From Piedraia hortae CBS 480.64 (taxonomy: Eukaryota), in assembly GCA_010093745.1 (NCBI GenBank), contig MU005963.1, positions 20,217-84,216 on the forward strand: a stretch of DNA of 64,000 bases. Reading direction: 5' to 3'. Below the pieces are notes generated by a model. The model ran no database searches and had not been told where the DNA came from. It saw only the letters and a program-made list of their open reading frames with translations. Positions within the stretch are counted from its first letter, which is position 1. Each line of letters opens with the position of its first letter. Below, in pieces: positions 1 through 10,992 of the stretch. The position numbers and the translations under genes were made by a program.

Positions 1-691
1 GTCAACTAGTTTTCCGTAGAGATTTGTATGCAGGTACACATCTGCTCACAATTATAATAAATAGGTTTCCCTGTGGTTGCGTCACATGAAGTCGTCACGG
101 CGAATGCAGTCGTGCCGATTTGTGGGGCAGTCTTGGCACACAAAATACGCACCCATCTGAACCCTTTAGGGCTTTGACTCTTATCAAATGCCGTACCATG
201 GACAAATTCGTAGCCGGCGCCGCGTAGTGGCGGACCTCACGGCCGTCCATGAAACCCTCAGGCTGTGCTAGCAAATCCAACCGGTTTGATTGTGGCCGGA
301 CGGTCCTGATTCGGCTTGGCTCGTACAAGATCCAATTCCCACAACGCCGACTCGCACAGGATCTGAAAATCATATCTATTGTATCAACCGGGCTCTGTTA
401 CTCAATGTCCGCGTCCCTTTTCAGACTAGCTTTTGTTGCTAATCTCGTTGACTGTGCACACTGCCTCACAAGATCCCCTCAAACGTACAGCTGCGAGTAA
501 GTTGACCCCACTGAGATGGTAATAATGCGCGCGGCACGAAAGCTGTGCATGCTCAGCATCTAGATGAGAGTTGAGCGGCCTGACACAGTGAAAAGTGCAG
601 ATTTAGAACCCCCCACACCCCCCCCCCCCACCATCCACGAGATTCACAATTAAAAAGCTTGATATACGCACGAAAGCATCGACATTCTCTA

Positions 692-2440
692 TCAAAGTTT
701 CTTCTCCACAGGCCCCGCAGTTCTCTTCCTCTCACGCACATCCTCACCAACACCTACAAGATTATCCACCTCCCTGATGGCCTCTTCATCCATGACACCC
801 GTGGAAATCACATATTCCCAAAAAGCCCTCTTCCCAAATTGTCTCGGTCTTAGGAGCATCTCCCCATCATCTCCCCCTTCCCTAATCCACTCCCTCGCCC
901 CTTTCACAATCTGATTGACTTCCTCCCACTGCCCACACTCCACCAACGCCCTCGTCGCCGTCTCCAGCGCGCGCCAGGACGGCCTCTTCCCTTCCTTCCG
1001 CATCTGCCTTAGGAATCGCACGATAGGCTGCGTACCCGTGGTTAAATGGTGCGCAGCGTAGGCCTCAATCATGCGGTCGTAGAACATGCTATCTACCCCT
1101 GCGTTCGTGTTGCGGATGTACTTCCACAGCTGTTCGGCAGAGGCGAAGTCGGGGGGCGAGGACTGGAAGTAGAAGGTGAGGAGGATGGTGAAGATGTGTG
1201 TTGACGGCTTGATGCCGCGCTTTAGCATGTGCGTCAGGACGGCGTTGGCGGCGAGGGTGTTGGAATAGAACTTTAGCAGACGGTCGATGACGAGGGCGTA
1301 GCCCTTTGTGTCGATTGCCGTAGAGCCTTGCTGTTGCGATTCAAGGGTGTGGATGAAGCTCATCACCTGGGATAGTTGGTCTTCGTGGGAGAGACCTTCC
1401 AGGGAGCGGCTTTCGAAGAGGGCGGTGAAGAGGATGAGCCAGGTTGTGGAGTTGGCCAGAATGGAGCGTTCTTTCATCCGCTCCAGGATGCCGACAGCTT
1501 CTTCCTGGCGACCGTGGCGGAGGCTAAGGTTGAGGAGACAGTTATAGGTCACGATGTCTGCTTCGAGACCAAACTGTCGACCCCAGGCGAAGACACCCGG
1601 CAGGTATTTCTCTCCGCGCGCACCTAGGGCTGAGATGGCGCTGTTCATGATGATTGTGCTGGGGCGTGGGATGCCTTTTACATTATCCTCTGTCTGCTCC
1701 GAGTCGGCAACTGCTAGCCATTCCTGGCCCATGTCGGCGAGGGCTTGGAGACCCACTTCGACCTGGTTGGCTTTTATTAGGCCAAAGATGCGCACGCTCC
1801 AGGCGTTACTGTCTGGCTGGATACCGGAGGAGCGCATTCGTCGCCAAAAAGCTTCCATTGCGTTGACATCGCGAACGTGCTGCGAGCCACGCATCATCAC
1901 CGTGTATGTCTTTACGGTGGGAGTCTTGCCGAGCTTCTTGGTAAAGTGATGCCAGACTTCCATGGCTGAGGCTGGCTTGCGTAGGGTGAGGAGGGTCAGC
2001 ATGAGATGCTCGTAGACATCGTTAGGCAGATTGGGCGCATCTGACCTCAGGGAGTATTCCATCACTTCGATCTTGATCCGCTCAGCAAGGTTGATATTCT
2101 GGCTTTCGATTGCATGTATCATCCGTTTGCCGTACTTTAGGATGAACGACGCAACCGACGTGTCCTTGACGGAGCCAGAGGAGCGGATAATGCCTGCTGA
2201 TGTCTTCAGGCTATCAAAGCCCGGCCTGGGCCTTTTCGCATGTCCTAACTGCGGGACATATTCAATCTTCGGAGCCTGACGTGGAATATGACTATCTATT
2301 TGATTCAGGACATCTTGGGGCTTCAGCCTATCGCTCTTGGACTGCACCTGCGCATGATTATTGCGCTTATTTACAGGGGCGACTACAGTCCTATGAGAAA
2401 GGGAGACTCGCGCGCGTGGGTATATATAGCGGGAGTTCAT
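692..2440 (-). CDS. Pentatricopeptide-repeat (PPR) protein, probably mitochondrial
   Basis: Several PPR-like motifs (PTVKTYTVMMRG, PDSNAWSVRIFG, ADIVTYNCLLNL, PSTHIFTILLTF). First in-frame ATG is at 2440 (the track start at 2488 is GTG) and is followed by an Arg-rich, acid-free N-terminus. Confidence 0.85.
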   Translation of the reverse strand: MNSRYIYPRARVSLSHRTVVAPVNKRNNHAQVQSKSDRLKPQDVLNQIDSHIPRQAPKIEYVPQLGHAKRPRPGFDSLKTSAGIIRSSGSVKDTSVASFILKYGKRMIHAIESQNINLAERIKIEVMEYSLRSDAPNLPNDVYEHLMLTLLTLRKPASAMEVWHHFTKKLGKTPTVKTYTVMMRGSQHVRDVNAMEAFWRRMRSSGIQPDSNAWSVRIFGLIKANQVEVGLQALADMGQEWLAVADSEQTEDNVKGIPRPSTIIMNSAISALGARGEKYLPGVFAWGRQFGLEADIVTYNCLLNLSLRHGRQEEAVGILERMKERSILANSTTWLILFTALFESRSLEGLSHEDQLSQVMSFIHTLESQQQGSTAIDTKGYALVIDRLLKFYSNTLAANAVLTHMLKRGIKPSTHIFTILLTFYFQSSPPDFASAEQLWKYIRNTNAGVDSMFYDRMIEAYAAHHLTTGTQPIVRFLRQMRKEGKRPSWRALETATRALVECGQWEEVNQIVKGAREWIREGGDDGEMLLRPRQFGKRAFWEYVISTGVMDEEAIREVDNLVGVGEDVRERKRTAGPVEKKL

Positions 2441-2514
2441 TGCTGAAGTTGGTGTGGAAATTCCCCCGTTCGGCGTCTGCCACGACACATTTCAACCACC
2501 CCCCATCACGCAAA

Positions 2515-3948
2515 ATGACATCCCTACGTCCTAGAGATCCCTATAATCCTACAGAGCTCGCTGAACTCTACCCTAACCAGCTGCAGTTGCAGCAGGTGCA
2601 AGTTCTACTGCGTCATGGCGAGCGTACACCAGTCTCGGCCCGCTTCCAAGCTGCAGGGCTGCCGTCTGACTGGCCCTGTTGCGAGGCTGCGAAGCGCATG
2701 AGAAGTACGGTCCTGTCTACTGACAAGTCGTGGGATACGCTACACTGGGGTCGGCAGATCGAGACGTTTGGACCAGGCGACAAGCCCGTGGCTTGCAAGG
2801 GACCGTCGGGGGAAACGGAATCAATATGTTTACCGGGCGAACTGACGGACCTTGGGCGAGCTACGACTCTGGCTCTGGGTCAAAGAATAAGGCATCTATA
2901 CGTAGACCAACTGGGCTTCCTGCCCGACTCCCTAGACTCCGCGTCAGCCATTAGACTGAGGGCGACGCCTATTCAGCGGGCATTGGAGAGTGTGCAGCAG
3001 GCATTTATCGGGCTCTATCCGCCTGCCAAGCGCTTGCCTGGCGTCGATCCTCCCACTGTCGTCACCAGGACACATCCTCAGGAGACTCTGTTTCCCAATG
3101 AAGCGAACTGCAAACGCTTTGGGCAGCTCGCCGCCGGATATGCGGAACGAGCAGCCACGATATGGAACGACAGCCCGGAGCTTGCGTATGTCAACAAGCG
3201 CATTGGCAAATGGATGCCAAAAGAGAGCCCTGTGGCTAAAGTAGACTCTCATCCTCGTTTAAGCGGCATCATGGACAGCATCAACGCATCGCGAGCCCAC
3301 GGTGCACCGACTTTGCTGCCGCGGGAATTTTACGACGACCAGCTGCTAGCCAACGTTGACAAGATCTGCGTGGACGAGTGGTTCGCAGGCTATGCAGAGA
3401 GCACAGAATACCGTAAGCTCGGCATTGGATCGATGGTGGGTGATCTGGCACAACGCATGGTGGAACGGGCGCTGGACCAGCCCAGTTTTAAAATGAGTTT
3501 AGCTGGCTGTCATGACACGACGCTGGCTGCGACTCTGGCATCTCTGGGCGGCTTTGATCCCAAGCGGGACTCGTGGCCTAAATTTACGAGTTCAATCGCC
3601 TTTGAGCTGTTCCGCCATCAAGATGCTCGGCCTCGGCCAAAATCGTGGTTCTCTGTCTTCTCGTCGGAACTCGACACGAGACGGCCCGTCAGCGACATGT
3701 CTGCGGCCGAGCGGCAGCGGCTGGACGGACATTACGTGCGGCTCCGTTACAATGATCGGCCCGTCATCTTGCCCCACTGCGCTAGGCCCGAAAACCATTT
3801 CGCTAACGACCCTGCTATATGCACCTTGACTGCCTTCAAGCAGATCGTGGACAGCTTTACGCCGGCTGACTGGTCGGCCGAATGCCGTAGCTCACTAGGA
3901 CAGCCGACCCTAAAAGGAGAGGTGGAGCACCCTCTCGGTGTGGCGTAA
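2515..3948 (+). CDS. Histidine acid phosphatase (branch 2)
   Basis: RHGERTP and HD (GCHDTT) catalytic motifs. ATG at 2515 in caaaATG context; the upstream ORF extension overlaps the PPR gene and is not credited. Confidence 0.88.
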   Translation: MTSLRPRDPYNPTELAELYPNQLQLQQVQVLLRHGERTPVSARFQAAGLPSDWPCCEAAKRMRSTVLSTDKSWDTLHWGRQIETFGPGDKPVACKGPSGETESICLPGELTDLGRATTLALGQRIRHLYVDQLGFLPDSLDSASAIRLRATPIQRALESVQQAFIGLYPPAKRLPGVDPPTVVTRTHPQETLFPNEANCKRFGQLAAGYAERAATIWNDSPELAYVNKRIGKWMPKESPVAKVDSHPRLSGIMDSINASRAHGAPTLLPREFYDDQLLANVDKICVDEWFAGYAESTEYRKLGIGSMVGDLAQRMVERALDQPSFKMSLAGCHDTTLAATLASLGGFDPKRDSWPKFTSSIAFELFRHQDARPRPKSWFSVFSSELDTRRPVSDMSAAERQRLDGHYVRLRYNDRPVILPHCARPENHFANDPAICTLTAFKQIVDSFTPADWSAECRSSLGQPTLKGEVEHPLGVA

Positions 3949-4242
3949 GCCAGACATTTGCGCCACCCCAAGTGCCGAGTATGATCCGCTACCCAACTGG
4001 ATGTGGTCATATTACCCCATAAATTAGAGGGTTAAGACGGGTAAATGACAACACAAAACAGGGGTTGCGGACGATAAATGACAAGTACAAACAGGGATAG
4101 TCGACCCGGGTGGCAATCAATAACTCTCGCTAGTGACGCAGTTGGCGTTCTTTCCTCCGTCGTACCTATTTACCCGGATACGATTCTCGTAGAACTCTAC
4201 AACGTTGGTTGCTAGTCATGTCACAGTGCCTTTGATCCTACA

Positions 4243-6051
4243 ATGTCATCATGGGACCGCAGGAGGACGCCTCGCTTACTCCTCCTGGTAAGCGCCACTT
4301 GTATCAGCCTGGTCTTGGCGCTGTGGGTAGTACAGCAGCTCCTCCTCCCTCTCGTTGTGTGGACTTTGCCACAACTAGAGGGCCCATTGTATGATGGAGG
4401 ACTGTACGGGCCGTACCGCGTCCAGACATACCGTTCGTTCAACCTGACTTCGCCGCTCATGAGCGTTGTCAAGTGGGACGAGTCTTGTGGCGATGGTTAT
4501 GTCTTTCTTGACCCAAACGGGCCGTCTGTCAATCACCAGGGTCCATTGATCGTTGATGCCCATGGGAATCTTGTCTGGACGTCTGAAAAGTACAAGACCA
4601 CGACGACATCTAGACTGCAAACTTTTAATGGGACGGAATATCTAACCTTTTGGTCGGGCCGCAAAGATAAAACCACAGGCGTCGGACAATATTATATGCT
4701 CGACAACACGTATAATGTTGTTCACACCGTAAATGCTGTGGGTGAAGACCTGCATGGCGATCTTCATGAATTTGAAATCACGCATGAGGGCACGGCGCTG
4801 GTGGCCTTCTACAACACGACCCAAATGGACCTCCGCAGATTGGGCCAGTTTCGCAGCAAGAACGGATGGGTCAGAGACAGCGGCTTCCAAGAAATCTCCA
4901 TCGCTACAGGAGAGCTGCTCTTCGAATGGCGTGCTTCCGACCATTTCTCTGCCGAGGAGACGTTCATGTCGAATCCGTTGGGGGGATATACCAAAGGCTC
5001 ACCCTACGATTTCTTCCATCTCAACAGTGTCTCCAAAGACAGCAAAGGCAACTACCTGATATCCTCCCGCCACTACCACGCCATCTACTATCTCAACGGC
5101 ACAACCGGTCATGTAATTTGGGGCCTAGGAGGACACAACACCGACTTTGTTGACCTCTCCTCAGGCGAAGCGAGCAGTTTCTCCTGGCAGCATCACGCGC
5201 GCTGGCTCGACGAATCCTCCGGCATCCTATCTCTATTTGACAATTCTTACGCATGGCCCCATTCCAACGCCCCCTATAGCACCGCCCGCATCATCCAGTT
5301 AGATTTCACCAATTCCACCGCCACCCTCCTCCACTCCTTCTCCTCTCAAAACCACATCGCCAGCTCCTCCCAAGGCTCCGTCCAACGCTTCACCGCCCAA
5401 GATGCGAAGCAGCACTACTTCATCGGCTGGGGCTCCTCCGCGGCATTCAGCGAGTTCACCACATCCGGAACCCTTCTCTGCGAGACCCACTTCTCCCCCT
5501 CCATCGCATTCTACTGGGAACGCATCAAATCGTACCGAGCCTTCAAAGCTCTCAAATGGGACGCAACGCCCTACTGGAATCCCTCTGCCATCCACACGGG
5601 CGAAGCTGTCTACGTCTCCTGGAACGGCGCAACCACAGTCCACACCTGGACTCTCGAAGGTCTACTCCCCTCTGGACGATGGGAAGCAATCACCTCGCAG
5701 CAAAAGCGCACCTTCGAAACCGCCCTACGACTGCACACCCCAACCACACACCTCCGCTACCGCGTCGCAGCCATAGACCACCACGGAGCCACGATCCGCT
5801 ACACAGCCGAGTTCGACGCCGAGGAGAATAAAGTCAACCGCTTCGCGGTCTGGTGTGGGTGCTGTCTCCTCCTCCTCGCGCTGGGAGGGGCGGTGTGGTG
5901 GGGTTTGGGCAATAATAAAACCGAACTGCTAAATAAATGGAGACCTTGGCAGAGGAGGTTAAGATGTAAGAGGAAATTGGAGTATAGAAGACTTGAGCGG
6001 GATGAAAGGGTGGGTGGTGATTACGATTTTGATGAAAGTAAAGGCGCTTGA
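4243..6051 (+). CDS. Arylsulfotransferase (ASST-domain) membrane-anchored protein
   Basis: Motifs DLHEF, DFFHLNSV, YLISSRH, FSWQHHAR, SQGSVQ and SYRAFK are typical of fungal ASST proteins. Hydrophobic segments near both termini. Confidence 0.88.
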   Translation: MSSWDRRRTPRLLLLVSATCISLVLALWVVQQLLLPLVVWTLPQLEGPLYDGGLYGPYRVQTYRSFNLTSPLMSVVKWDESCGDGYVFLDPNGPSVNHQGPLIVDAHGNLVWTSEKYKTTTTSRLQTFNGTEYLTFWSGRKDKTTGVGQYYMLDNTYNVVHTVNAVGEDLHGDLHEFEITHEGTALVAFYNTTQMDLRRLGQFRSKNGWVRDSGFQEISIATGELLFEWRASDHFSAEETFMSNPLGGYTKGSPYDFFHLNSVSKDSKGNYLISSRHYHAIYYLNGTTGHVIWGLGGHNTDFVDLSSGEASSFSWQHHARWLDESSGILSLFDNSYAWPHSNAPYSTARIIQLDFTNSTATLLHSFSSQNHIASSSQGSVQRFTAQDAKQHYFIGWGSSAAFSEFTTSGTLLCETHFSPSIAFYWERIKSYRAFKALKWDATPYWNPSAIHTGEAVYVSWNGATTVHTWTLEGLLPSGRWEAITSQQKRTFETALRLHTPTTHLRYRVAAIDHHGATIRYTAEFDAEENKVNRFAVWCGCCLLLLALGGAVWWGLGNNKTELLNKWRPWQRRLRCKRKLEYRRLERDERVGGDYDFDESKGA

Positions 6052-6689
6052 ATTTTTTTCATTTTTCTATTTTTTTGGGTAAAGATGGGGGATTCAAGGG
6101 GATGGGGGTTGGGTTAGGGATAATTAGAGGTTTATATGTTAAAAGTCCTAAGGTGTTGTGGTTTTGATGCTGGTTCGAAGAAACCCTCAAACCCCCACCC
6201 CCAAAACTTTTGGGGTTTCGGTCGGTTTGACGATCGGGATAACACGGTCAATTACGAGGGATTTTCAGCATCCGGGGTATTGAGAAATCAAGGATGGAAT
6301 CTTCTTCTCAATACGTTGGAAGTGATGTCCATTTCAACCCTGAAACGTGCGATGAGCGGGCGATTTCATTGGCTCGCTTGAAGACGCCAAGGCTTGCCAC
6401 ACTCGTCTCCACAGAGAGTGGAAAAGCTCCGCGGATGAATCCCTGGGGAGATAGCAATGAACATGCTTAGGAACTGACAGGTTGACCTGGTTGATTGACT
6501 ACCGTCCAGCAGGTAAGGTGTCGCCATATGTTTCTGGATATCATGAGACAGGAAGCTGCCATACAGGAAAGCGAAGCTATCCATCAGCGATGCAGTCAAC
6601 CCCGGAAACCTCGAAGTAGCCCCAACATTCGTACAAAAGTAATGCTACAACTAATGTACATTTCATTTCATCATTCACACATTTTCTTG

Positions 6690-9356
6690 TCAATACATGA
6701 ATCCCATTCCATTTTGACCCTGTTGACCTTGTTGCTGTCCTTGTTGCTGTCCCTGTTGTGCCTGCCCCTGCTGCTGCGCCTGCTGCAAGTGCTGAGGACC
6801 CATTGGATGCCTATTGCTCTGGACCAAGCGTTGCATTTGCTGCTGCATGTGCTGCTGCATTTGAAGCTGTATCTTATGATGTTGGAGATGGGTCCTATAA
6901 GTCTCATTATTGCTAGGACTACCCGCTTGCGGAGGCGCGGTGGGGGGAGAGCCGTGTCCGGTAGCATGTGCCAGGATCGCTCTATGGGCTTGGATGGCAG
7001 CTTGTTGCTGTTGAAATTGCTGGCTTCCTTGGATGCGGTTCTGAGCAGCTTGTTGCTGTTGTTGTTGCTGCTGCAGCTGTTGATGCTGCTGATATTGCAT
7101 GGCGGCGGCCTGCCTCGCCTTGTTGATGTATTGTTGCAGTTGATGTGGCAAGTTCACGACCACGCCCTGTGGAATCAAGTATATGCTCCCGTATTGTTCG
7201 ATTGTTTTCTTGAGAAGAGCATGCAATTGAAGCTGCTGTTGTTGTTGGGCGGGGGTCAGCGGCTGCTGTGGCTGCTGCTGCTGCGCAAGAGGCATTGTGG
7301 GAGTGACTTTGTTACCAGCGCGGCTTTGCGGCGGCATAGCCAATCCACCGGCAGCGGGATGAGCATGAGGTGTACCCATTGCACCACTGTTAGTTTGCGA
7401 TGGCATACGCATCATGGGTGAACCAGCCATGGGCATCATGGGGCTCCCCTGGTTTGTGGCCATGCGCTGCTGGTGTTGCTGATGCTGCTGGAGATGCTGG
7501 GTACGATGCAATTGCATCCGCTTGTGTAACTCTTGCTGCTGCCAGCGCTCCTGATTGTGCATCAAGCCCTGGATTTCCTCGGGACTCATAACTCCCGGGC
7601 CGTTTGGCCGGGCATGTACGTGTTGCAGCATGGCAAGTTGATTGTGGTTTGGTTGACCCATATGAGGGAAGTGCTGCCCCGGCATGTAGTTGGCTGGGCT
7701 ACGGTGCACAGATTGCGGCGTATAGTTTACCATGCTCGGTTTCATAATTGGCGTGGCCTGACGAAGCTGCGGTGTGCCGACCTGGCTACCGTGCTGGCTT
7801 ACCTGGCGAGCCATGCTGGTTGGACGAGACATTGCTGGACTTCCAGCTTCACCTGGACGAGACAATGGTGCCACGTCTTGGGGCATGGGCGAGGACCGTG
7901 GAGCCTGCATGGGTGTCAGGTGGGGAATGACGGGGCTTACATGGGCCATTGGAGTCGATGCAAACTCGGCGGGCATGCTACGGGGATGGCTCTGTTCACG
8001 TGAGTTTATCGCCTGCTTCTTAAGCATAGCCTGTAGCGCCTGTTCCTGCTGCTGCTGCTGCCGTTGTTGTTGCTGTTGCTGTTGAGCTGGCTGAAGTGCT
8101 TGATGTTGAGACAGCTGTTGAGCAAGATGTGGAGTCAACTGCTGGGACAGCTGTTGACTCTGGTGCTGCTGGGGCTGCCGTTGACTCTGGTGCTCCTGGG
8201 GCTGCTGCGTTTGTAATTGTTGTCTCTGTTGCTGCTGTGCCTGCTGTGCCTGTTGCAGCTCTTCTTTCTGCTTAATTTCCGCAGTCTTATTGGTCTCATC
8301 CTCCTTTTTCTGACGAGCATGTTCTTGCAATTCTGCTCTGACTAGCTCAACTGTCTTAAACTTGGTGTAGCTCAGTGCGTTAGCTGGACCTGGAGCATCA
8401 GACGAATTAGCCGTGGCGGCGGTTGGCTTGATCCTATCATCCATAACGAGCATTCTACGCTCGGCTTCCGCCGCTTCTGCATCATCTGCCGCCATCTGAG
8501 CAACGGTCCTTTTACGAGCCTTTGGCGAAGATGGTGTCGTTTCCTGCGGTATCGGGCCAGAAAGGTAGTCAAACAAGGCCTGCTGTTCGTCCAGATTCTT
8601 TACAGGTTTCAAAAACGGACAGGGCTCCGTTTGGATCAGCACCTCCGCCTCGAGGTGTTTGAGGTCAATCACATCACCAACTGTAGGCCCATCAAAAGTC
8701 TGTGGTGACAGAGACGTAGTTGACGTAACCGGATCCCCAATCAAGGAGGAAATGGGCATATTTGCCAGGGCCATGAGCTCGTAATGTTTCGAGAGCTCAG
8801 TGGGATGTAGGACAGTTGTAAAGATAGTTGGACCGTCCCTAGAAAATGCTTTGCTTTGCGCAGTCTGTTCGTCATATCTGGAATTCAGCGATGATGCGGC
8901 ATTACGTGTCAGATGGTCATTGAACTTGAGCATATTATACTTCAAATGGTTCATAGACTTTGCAGTATTGCAGTTATTCTCCAGCGGTTTGTGATTATGG
9001 ATTTCAACAATGAGACATCCATCGTAGAAGGGAACATTCTCACTCAGAAGCTGTTCCATCATGTCATGCGGGATCGTCTCTTCGCGCAGGTGGTCAATGA
9101 AGAAGCGCATGGGACCGTCATAGGTGTAGTTTCCATCGTGAGACTCGAGGCAAAAGAAATCAGTGTGCAGGTGAACTATGAATGATGGGCGCTTGCCCTG
9201 GTGCTTTTGTAGAATGTATTCAGTTGTGCGCACGTAGGGTTCATAGAGTTTGCTGGGCCGCTTGGCCGCTTCATCTTCAGCTGGACGTTTTGCATTAGGC
9301 TGAGCGCGATCGCGTTGGCGCAGGTTCTGCGCTACCCGGGGCGTTGCAATTGCCAT
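6690..9356 (-). CDS. SPT20: SAGA complex subunit Spt20
   Basis: N-terminal Spt20 domain (PSFIVHLH, IPHDMME, VPFYDGCLIVEIHNH, TTVLHPT) followed by a long Gln-rich low-complexity tail. Confidence 0.88.
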   Translation of the reverse strand: MAIATPRVAQNLRQRDRAQPNAKRPAEDEAAKRPSKLYEPYVRTTEYILQKHQGKRPSFIVHLHTDFFCLESHDGNYTYDGPMRFFIDHLREETIPHDMMEQLLSENVPFYDGCLIVEIHNHKPLENNCNTAKSMNHLKYNMLKFNDHLTRNAASSLNSRYDEQTAQSKAFSRDGPTIFTTVLHPTELSKHYELMALANMPISSLIGDPVTSTTSLSPQTFDGPTVGDVIDLKHLEAEVLIQTEPCPFLKPVKNLDEQQALFDYLSGPIPQETTPSSPKARKRTVAQMAADDAEAAEAERRMLVMDDRIKPTAATANSSDAPGPANALSYTKFKTVELVRAELQEHARQKKEDETNKTAEIKQKEELQQAQQAQQQQRQQLQTQQPQEHQSQRQPQQHQSQQLSQQLTPHLAQQLSQHQALQPAQQQQQQQRQQQQQEQALQAMLKKQAINSREQSHPRSMPAEFASTPMAHVSPVIPHLTPMQAPRSSPMPQDVAPLSRPGEAGSPAMSRPTSMARQVSQHGSQVGTPQLRQATPIMKPSMVNYTPQSVHRSPANYMPGQHFPHMGQPNHNQLAMLQHVHARPNGPGVMSPEEIQGLMHNQERWQQQELHKRMQLHRTQHLQQHQQHQQRMATNQGSPMMPMAGSPMMRMPSQTNSGAMGTPHAHPAAGGLAMPPQSRAGNKVTPTMPLAQQQQPQQPLTPAQQQQQLQLHALLKKTIEQYGSIYLIPQGVVVNLPHQLQQYINKARQAAAMQYQQHQQLQQQQQQQQAAQNRIQGSQQFQQQQAAIQAHRAILAHATGHGSPPTAPPQAGSPSNNETYRTHLQHHKIQLQMQQHMQQQMQRLVQSNRHPMGPQHLQQAQQQGQAQQGQQQGQQQGQQGQNGMGFMY

Positions 9357-9749
9357 GTGTAAATGCGCAGTTAACCATCCGTTACCTTTTGTGTAGTGCG
9401 ATCTTGTGCCCCACTTGGAATCCAGCCAATCAGAGCGTCACAAATGCAACGTCAGTTCAGCCTTGCAGTGAGTCAACAGGTGAATGATTGGCACCAAGGT
9501 CTAAAGGTCAGCCCGTGCAATTGGCAGGTGATGGATGTGGGTAATTGCGTTAGGGTGCAAATTGGATGTCCTGCTTCAAACCGACTCGACAGCAGATGGT
9601 AGCCTCCAAAACACGGACTCGACGCGAGGCGACTGCAACTGTTGTTGCCTTGTGACGTCACTGAATCCTGAAACATTAGGGTTGTCCCAAAATAGACCGG
9701 TCCCTGACAAACATCATCTGGCCCAACAGGACCCTTTTCACCTTTAGCA

Positions 9750-10949
9750 ATGACTCCTACTGCCACGCTGCCTACTATCGCTCTGGCGGAGGTGACCACA
9801 CACAACACAGAGAAGAGCTGCTATGTCACTATCGGCACCAAAGTGTACGATGTCACCGACTTTCTGGACGTGCACCCTGGCGGCAGCGACTTGATCCTTG
9901 AGTACGGTGGGAAAGACGTGAAAGAGATCATGGCAGATCCCATCAGTCACGCACATAGCGACGCGGCATGGGAGATTCTGGATGAGCATTTGATTGGGTT
10001 TGTCGCGACGGATAGAGTGCTGGAGGCGGCCAGCAAGAGTAGTCTGCCGCACGAGATCGTGCCATTGGAGCCGAGCGCCGAAGGAATGTCTGATCTGGAT
10101 AGGATTGACTGTGCCGCCGCGCAAGATGTTCGTATGCGGCCCGTGTTTGCCAGCACGGGCATGAGTTCGGAGGATGATCTGAGCAAGGAGACGGATGTCG
10201 TGGCCGACTACAAGCAGCACAAGTTCCTTGATCTTGACAAGCCACTGCTGAAGCAGCTCTGGGTCAGCGGCTTCAGCAAAGAGTTTTATTTGGAACAGGT
10301 CCACCGGCCGCGTCACTACAAAGGCGGCGAGAGCGCGCCTCTGTTTGGCAACTTTCTGGAGCCGCTGTCCAAGACGCCGTGGTGGGTTGTGCCGCTGGTA
10401 TGGCTGCCGTGCGTGACTTACGGTACTCTGGTTGCCAGCGAGGGCCTGAATCTGCCGGCTTTGGCAGGATATTGGGTCTTTGGCCTCTGTTTCTGGTCGC
10501 TCATTGAATATTTCATGCATCGCTGCCTGTTCCACATGGATAAGCAGCTGCCGGACAACCGGATAGGAATCACATTGCACTTCCTGCTCCACGGGATCCA
10601 CCACTACCTTCCCATGGACCGTCTCAGACTCGTGATGCCACCCACTCTCTTCGTCCTGCTGGCAACGCCCTTTTGGTACTTTGCCCACTCCGTAATCTTC
10701 TGGGACTGGCACGGAGCCGTTGCGGCATACTGCGGCGGTGTCTTTGGCTACATCTGCTACGACATGACGCACTACTTTTTGCACCACAAGAAGCTGCCTA
10801 GTTACTACCAGGAGCTCAAAAAGTATCACCTCCAGCATCATTTCATGGACTACGAGAATGGCTTCGGCGTGACAAGTCGCTTCTGGGACCGCATCTTTGG
10901 CACCGAGCTGCCACCGCCACCAATTCCCAAGGTGTTGAAGGCTTCTTGA
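9750..10949 (+). CDS. SCS7: Sphingolipid fatty acid 2-hydroxylase with cytochrome b5 domain
   Basis: HPGG b5 motif plus His boxes HRCLFH, HFLLHGIHH, HYFLHH and HLQHH; GFGVTSRFWD. Confidence 0.95.
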   Translation: MTPTATLPTIALAEVTTHNTEKSCYVTIGTKVYDVTDFLDVHPGGSDLILEYGGKDVKEIMADPISHAHSDAAWEILDEHLIGFVATDRVLEAASKSSLPHEIVPLEPSAEGMSDLDRIDCAAAQDVRMRPVFASTGMSSEDDLSKETDVVADYKQHKFLDLDKPLLKQLWVSGFSKEFYLEQVHRPRHYKGGESAPLFGNFLEPLSKTPWWVVPLVWLPCVTYGTLVASEGLNLPALAGYWVFGLCFWSLIEYFMHRCLFHMDKQLPDNRIGITLHFLLHGIHHYLPMDRLRLVMPPTLFVLLATPFWYFAHSVIFWDWHGAVAAYCGGVFGYICYDMTHYFLHHKKLPSYYQELKKYHLQHHFMDYENGFGVTSRFWDRIFGTELPPPPIPKVLKAS

Positions 10950-10992
10950 TCTGTTGGATAGACAATTGTAAAGGCGTACGGAGTTTCTGCCA

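Noticed and set aside
2200..2514. N-terminal extension of the phosphatase ORF
   Set aside because: Begins at a non-ATG codon and overlaps the PPR gene; the family-like sequence starts at 2515.
6495..7421. 308-aa Leu-rich ORF
   Set aside because: Antisense reading of the SPT20 CAG/CAA poly-Gln tracts.
9653..9660. TGACGTCA CRE palindrome upstream of SCS7
   Set aside because: A single 8-mer is expected by chance in a window this size.
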